15,324 nucleotides of DNA from Octopus sinensis (lineage: Eukaryota), in the NCBI RefSeq assembly GCF_006345805.1, contig NW_021825662.1, forward strand, positions 1 through 15,324, given 5' to 3'. Every line of letters begins with the position of its first letter. The stretch's first letter is position 1. A program made the translations under genes and the position numbers. Positions 9,760 to 15,324 of the stretch are shown one piece after another. The notes under the pieces are model-generated. The model did no database searches. It saw only the letters and a program-made list of their open reading frames with translations, and was not told the DNA's origin.

Positions 9760-9872
9760 GTACATTCATGCATACCGAAAGTAACACTAAAGTGAGCTTA
9801 ATCGTTTCTCTTTTTTCTTTTATCTCAGCTCATTCAAGTTGCACATGTTGTCTGAGTGCTTCTTCCTCAACA

Positions 9873-10113
9873 TTACTCAACATAGTCTCCATTGCGAGCG
9901 ATGCATTTACATCGTCGTTGAACCTAACTGTCGATGCCTCTTCGAAAACATTTGCGTTTTTTCCATTCTAACCACTTCTTTACAGCTACCATCACCTCGC
10001 CTGTATCATACACTTGTCCCCAAAGTCTGTCTTCATTGGAGCGAAGAGGCGGAAGTTAAATGGCGACAGATCCGGGTTGTACGATGGATGGAGGATCACT
10101 GACCAATAACCAG
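9873..10113 (-). pseudogene. mariner transposase C-terminal remnant
   Basis: Minus strand reads GYWSVILHPSYNPDLSPFNFRLFAPMK / YDTGEVMVAVKKWLE...FRRGIDS*VQRRCKCIARNGDYVE*. This is a decayed HPPYSPDLAPSDF...GDYVE mariner end, not captured in this frame by the ORF track. Confidence 0.8.
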
Positions 10114-10233
10114 ATCAATTTTTGGATTGAATGATTTCTTACGAAACATCTATGGTCACACATTGACGGTTCTGTTTTATAATTAACTAAGAAATTAGTT
10201 AATTGCTTAATTAACACACGCCATATGCCCACA

Positions 10234-10441
10234 GGCATATGGCGTAGTGGTTAAGAGCGCGGGCTACTAACCCCAAGATTCCGAGTTCGATTCCAAGCAG
10301 TGACCTGAACAATAATAATAATAATAATAATAATAACAACAATAACATCGAAGAATACCATAGGAATGAGAACCCAGGTTCGAAATTCCCCCAAGACACC
10401 TGAAGAAGGCTGGAGGGTATATCAGCCAAAACGTTGTGTTA
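10234..10441 (+). mobile_element. tRNA-headed SINE with an internal (AAT)n and a 3' hammerhead motif
   Basis: A box TGGCGTAGTGG at 10240-10250, B box GAGTTCGATTCC at 10283-10294, (AAT)n at ~10310-10335, hammerhead at 10395-10440. No TTTT terminator lies in between. Confidence 0.8.
10395..10440 (+). ncRNA. Minimal type I hammerhead motif with a G12>A substitution
   Basis: GACAC-CUGAAGA-A-GGCUG-gaggguauau-CAGCC-AAA(expected GAA)-ACGU-U-GUGUU. Stem I has 5 pairs and stem II has 5 bp. Confidence 0.7.
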
Positions 10442-10443
10442 AC

Positions 10444-10527
10444 AGGATGAAAGGTAAAGCTGACCTCGGCGGAACTTAAACCCAGAAAGTAAAGACAGAC
10501 AAAATGCCGCTAAATATTTGCCCGCCT
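10444..10527 (-). mobile_element. Degenerate SINE head fragment of a different family
   Basis: Minus strand GGCGGGCAAATATTTAGCGGCATTTTGTCTGTCTTTAC...GGGTTTAAGTTCCGCCGAGGTCAGCTTTACCTTTCATCC with a B-box-like segment. Family recognition is from memory. Confidence 0.45.
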
Positions 10528-10879
10528 TAAATCAATTAAACATTGTTAATTGGCTTAGGGAAGTTGTTTCGTCAGACCTTTTGATTTAACGGATGAAATG
10601 ACATGTAGGGTTCTCGAAATGAGAAACCAACGGAGTGTAATGTTATAAATAAACCGTAGCAAAGAACAAATGTAGGAGTGAAACGTCAAAGGGTGTAATT
10701 ATACGCCCTTCGCTACAGAATTAATGAGTAAGTTTGTTAATTAGTTAATTAATTCATTAATTAATTGAACAGAAGTGAACTACAAACCGTGTCAGGGATT
10801 TATAGACAGAATGATCCTCCGTAATTACAACAATATCAGTTTCAACTCAAGAAATACACTTCAGGATTCCTTCAAAACC

Positions 10880-11078
10880 ACATACACACACACGTATGTA
10901 TATATGTATATATAAGCGTTTGTGAGTGTGTGCATATATACACATATATACATTAATACACATATACTATATATGCTGTATATATACTATATATATATTA
11001 TATATATGTACATATATGTATATAGACATGCATGTTTGTAAATGTGTGAGTATGTGCGTGTGTGTGTGTGTGTGTGTA
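10880..11078. repeat. (TA)n/(TG)n compound microsatellite
   Basis: Direct repeats. Confidence 0.9.
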
Positions 11079-11152
11079 GTACCAAAATCTACACTTAAGA
11101 AGAAATATAAAATTACATTTGCTTTCAATGTGAATAAACTTTTTTGTTTTGC

Positions 11153-11153
<1 letters not shown>

Positions 11154-11241
<88 letters not shown>
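11154..11241. repeat. (ATT)n microsatellite
   Basis: Trinucleotide run; source of the poly-L and poly-I ORFs. Confidence 0.95.
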
Positions 11242-11242
<1 letters not shown>

Positions 11243-11367
11243 TCACGATGTTGAATCAACTCGCAAAGAAGGAGAAGAATTAAATTAGTTTCGACGGAAT
11301 AACAGAAATAGGATCCACCACCCCTCCCTCTCTCCATACCTTCACAAACCCTTACATTGTGTGTGGT

Positions 11368-11399
11368 ATAGATATATATATATTATCTATATTATATAA

Positions 11400-11445
<46 letters not shown>

Positions 11446-11485
11446 ATATATATATATATATATATAATTATATATATATATATAA
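11368..11485. repeat. (TA)n microsatellite
   Basis: Direct repeats. Confidence 0.95.
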
Positions 11486-12294
11486 TTTACATCCACACAC
11501 AAGAATATTATTAGCTTGGGGTCAAAGTGACATAGGGACAATGATGAATACATCCGTAGCAATTAACTCAGGAAATAAGATTTTAAAACTGTTTCTGGCA
11601 ACCATTTTAACTATTAAACAATATTAACGATCCTCGTTTGCATCGCGATTGATCTGGAGACGGAAAACCGGAGGTGACATACTTTTGAAGTTGCTCGAAG
11701 ACATACATATACACACATACACACTCACCATTACTCTCTCATCTCTCTTACGCCCCACAACTCTCCCTTTTTCTCTTTTACCTCTTCTCTCTCTCTCTTT
11801 CTCCCACTCTGTATTATTCTTTCTACACTTCTTCTCTCCTCCCTCTATTTCTCGCCGTCTTTCTCCCTCCCACCCATTTCTCACTCTTTTCTTTTCTCCA
11901 TTCTTCTCTCTCGCCCTCTCTTTCTACTACCCTGTTCCTTTAGATTCTTCACACATCTCCAATCCTCATTTCTAAACTCGACAAACTTCAATAATAAAAA
12001 CCGTACTTTCGCACTAAGCCCAATATATCTCTGTACTGTGTAAATTCAAAAGTGACAAGCAACCATCTGCTGGCTTGACCCTGTATCACTTCAGAATATA
12101 ATAACTATATTTTTTTTAATCTCCTTATATTTAGAGAGAAAATACGAAATCTTGTATGTATTTGTCAATATAGAATTTTGATCATTATTTGGTCCAATAA
12201 CTTTGTATATACAATAATTTCAGTCCATTCCTGCAACATCCGAACCATTTGTTGGTTACGTTCTGTCTGGATAAAGGGTGGTATCATATTACAT

Positions 12295-12690
12295 TATACA
12301 TACATACATACATACATACATACATACATACATACATACATACATGCATACATACATACATACATACACAAACATATATATATATATACATACACCCACA
12401 CACACAAACATGCTTACATACATACATATATATGTGCGTGTGTGTGTGTTTACACACTCGTGTACAAATAGGCGTGATGGCTAAAACAAACTAAAGAACA
12501 CACACACACATACACACCTAAAGACATATACATATACAGATGCAGATACAAATATATGTATATGTATTGCATATGTATATATATATATGTGTATTATATA
12601 TATATATTATATATATATATATATATATACATATATGCATATATATACATATATGTCTGTTTGTGTGTGTTTGTCTCTGTGTGTGCAGAA
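12295..12690. repeat. Compound (TACA)n/(CA)n/(TA)n microsatellite region
   Basis: Direct repeats with short unique spacers. Confidence 0.9.
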
Positions 12691-12703
12691 ATATTTACAT
12701 ATA

Positions 12704-13984
12704 CGAGGGGCGTTCAATAAGTAATGCTCCTGACCCACTTGCAATTAATTTTTCTAGCTGAAATTTTGCATGTACAATTATTTATAGCTTTATAGATTAA
12801 GTGGTAAATTACAGCTCTGAACTAATTGTGGTTTCTGATTTACAGGTGTTTGAACTGAGTCAAGTGTGAAATGGAGCCTGTTGAGTGTCGAGCAGTGATC
12901 CGGTTTTGTAATTGAAAGAACGCACACCACGGGAGACTGAAATGAAAGTAACTTATGGTGATGATGCCCCATCATATGACCTTGTAAAACGCTGGCATCG
13001 TGAATTCAAACATGGTCGGAACTATGTGGAAACAGCTCCCAGATCTGGTCGGCCCCTTCTGCCATTGATGAGGCATCTGTCCGTCATGTTGAGGCTGCCA
13101 TTTTAGAAGATCGACGCATAACTATTCGCCAAATAGCCCATGAGGTCAAGATTAGTACCGGGTCTGTGGAAACTATCATTCATGACCATTGCATATGCAA
13201 AAGGTGTCTGCCAGATGGATTCCCTGGTTGCTCACATCTTTCCAGAAGCAAGAACGTGTCGATTGCTCGAGGATGAATTTGGAGATGTGCCAAGAAGATG
13301 AGTCAAAATTTTTCAAAAGACTGATTACACAGGATGAAACCTGGGTCCATCACTATGATCCAGAGACCAAAGCCCAGTCAATGCAGTGGACACACCGTGA
13401 CTCACCTCCTCCAAAGAAGGCAAGGGTGCAGCCCTCTGCTGGCAAGGTCATGCTCACAGTCTTCTGGGACAAGGACGGAGTACTGATGACAGATTTCCTG
13501 GCAACGGGTCCCACAATTACAGGAGCCTATTATGCTTCACTTTTGAGGAAATTAAGAGAAGCTGTCAAAATCAAGAGGCGGGGCAAGATCAGCAAAGGCA
13601 TCCTCCTCTTGCAGGACAACGCTCCGGTTCACAACTCGCGTGTCGCCAGATCAGAAGCACAGGCGTGCGGCTATGAACTCATCCCCCATCCCCCCTACTC
13701 TCCTGACCTTGCACCCTCTGATTTTCACCTCTTCTCAGCCATGAAATTTTTGAAAGCAAAACATTTCCCAGATGATGCAGCTTTGATTTCTGAAGTCACA
13801 TCGTGGTTGGAGGACCAAGCTGGGGTCTTCTACAAAAACGGTCTTCAGAGCTGCATCAAACGATGTGAGAAATGCGTAACTCTGGGTGGTTCCTATGTAG
13901 AAAAAGACTAATAACTGTGCCAAGTTTCGTTGCTCTACTGCTATGGGAAGTGGGTCAGGATCATTACTTATTGAACGCCCCTCG
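12704..13984 (+). mobile_element. Near full-length mariner DNA transposon (1281 bp)
   Basis: 37-bp TIRs CGAGGGGCGTTCAATAAGTAATG(C/A)TCCTGACCCACTT at 12704-12740 and 13948-13984 with 1 mismatch. TA target duplications at 12702-12703 and 13985-13986. Confidence 0.97.
12871..13911 (+). pseudogene. mariner DD34D transposase with a disrupted N-terminal half
   Basis: ATG at 12871 (MEPVECRAVIRF), -1 frameshifts near 12905, 13055 and 13188, and TAA at 12909. An open 240-aa segment (13189-13911) carries SARWIP, TQDETWVHHYDPE, AGKVMLTVFWD, LQDNAPVH and HPPYSPDLAPSDFHLF, with 34 residues between the second and third Asp. Confidence 0.93.
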
Positions 13985-14085
13985 TATATATACGTAGTGT
14001 TTGTGTGTGTGTGTATGTATGTATGTATGTATGTATGTATGTATGTATGTATGTATGTATGTATGTATGTATGTATGTATGTAGT
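13985..14085. repeat. (TG)n/(TATG)n microsatellite
   Basis: Direct repeats abutting the right mariner TSD. Confidence 0.95.
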
Positions 14086-14242
14086 GATTGTGAATGTATG
14101 TATTCAGCCGCTTCCTCAGACAAGTCACATTAGTCTGACTTCACTGTAGAATTGGCAACACGCCACAAGTTCAAAGAAATAACTGCACCCTGCGTTTGTA
14201 CTGAGTACTCCTGCTCCGGATCATCGTTGCTCAACAACGGAT

Positions 14243-14567
14243 GTATATATACATATACATACATACATAAACATCATACATACATACATACATACATACA
14301 TACATACATACATACATACATACAGACATACATACATATATTAGATATATATACATATATATACATATATATATTATTAATATAATATATATACATTATT
14401 ATATATATATATATATATATACATACATATATATATCTACATACACATATATATATACATATAATATATATATATATATATGTATATATATATTATTTAT
14501 ACTATATTATATATATATATAGATAATATATATATTATATATATATATAATATATATATATATATAG
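14243..14567. repeat. (TACA)n/(TA)n microsatellite
   Basis: Direct repeats. Confidence 0.95.
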
Positions 14568-14787
14568 TTCAAAACATTCCTGTCACAACCTGGGACCTGA
14601 AGACTTCTTAAATGCAAGAAAGTATAGTAGTCCCTTAATATTTGATATTAATATTTCATCTATTCAATAAGACAATGAATACTTCTTTTCATTTTACAAT
14701 ATATACTATTTATATTATATATTCTGTATTCTACTTTAATATTATAATAATATAAATAAAACATAAAAAACAGAGTTGGAATTCCTT

Positions 14788-15120
<333 letters not shown>

Positions 15121-15324
15121 ATATATATATATATATATAAGAAATAGTGATACAACAAAAGTTTGCTGGAAATAGCAGTCGATAACTATACGATGCTATG
15201 TAAAGCTTCACTGAAATGTTACTGGCAAAGATGTATGCGGGCAGCGAACTTTAAAAAATTTCGTCTTACCTCTAGGAAGAACATCGGAAAAATGGACAAC
15301 TTAGAATGGATTATCTAGGACCCG

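Noticed and set aside
9755-9762. CCCTCGTA resembling a mariner TIR end next to the 9873-10113 remnant
   Set aside because: Wrong orientation for that element and fully explained by the SINE head GAGGGCGC on the minus strand.
10181-10204. Perfect 10-bp hairpin AATTAACTAA-GAAA-TTAGTTAATT
   Set aside because: Nearly all A/T in an ATTA-rich patch, so chance pairing is likely.
10240-10294. tRNA gene calls for the A/B-box segments here and at 9158, 9759 and 1770
   Set aside because: No complete cloverleaf or acceptor stem; each runs into a repeat body, so they are SINE heads.
14597-14622. CTGAAGA...GAAAG hammerhead-like spacing
   Set aside because: No consistent stem II, stem III or stem I pairing.
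15265-15324. Minus-strand AG|GTAAGA splice donor suggesting a host exon
   Set aside because: All three frames have stops near the window edge, there is no good acceptor, and the peptide is unrecognisable; flanking sequence is needed.

Overview
Eukaryotic, AT-rich, repeat-dense DNA with no supportable host exon. The microsatellite content and SINE heads resemble cephalopod (Octopus-like) genomes; that is an inference from memory, not a database result. About a third of the window is microsatellite, which explains most ORF-track entries. The rest is layered mobile DNA: a near full-length 1281-bp mariner (37-bp TIRs, TA TSD, DD34D), a second mariner remnant, a decayed piggyBac transposase, the GIY-YIG 3' end of a Penelope-like element (PLE), an RLE-type non-LTR retrotransposon fossil, and several tRNA-headed SINEs. 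The main signal outside the ORF track is six minimal type I hammerhead ribozyme motifs in four sequence contexts: a PLE 3' end, three ~210-bp (TA)n-embedded elements (two in tandem), a tRNA-headed SINE, and the spacer of a fold-back. All share an extra nucleotide after CUGANGA. One copy (14987-15021) has a fully canonical core. Several insertions also carry fold-back (inverted) duplications.
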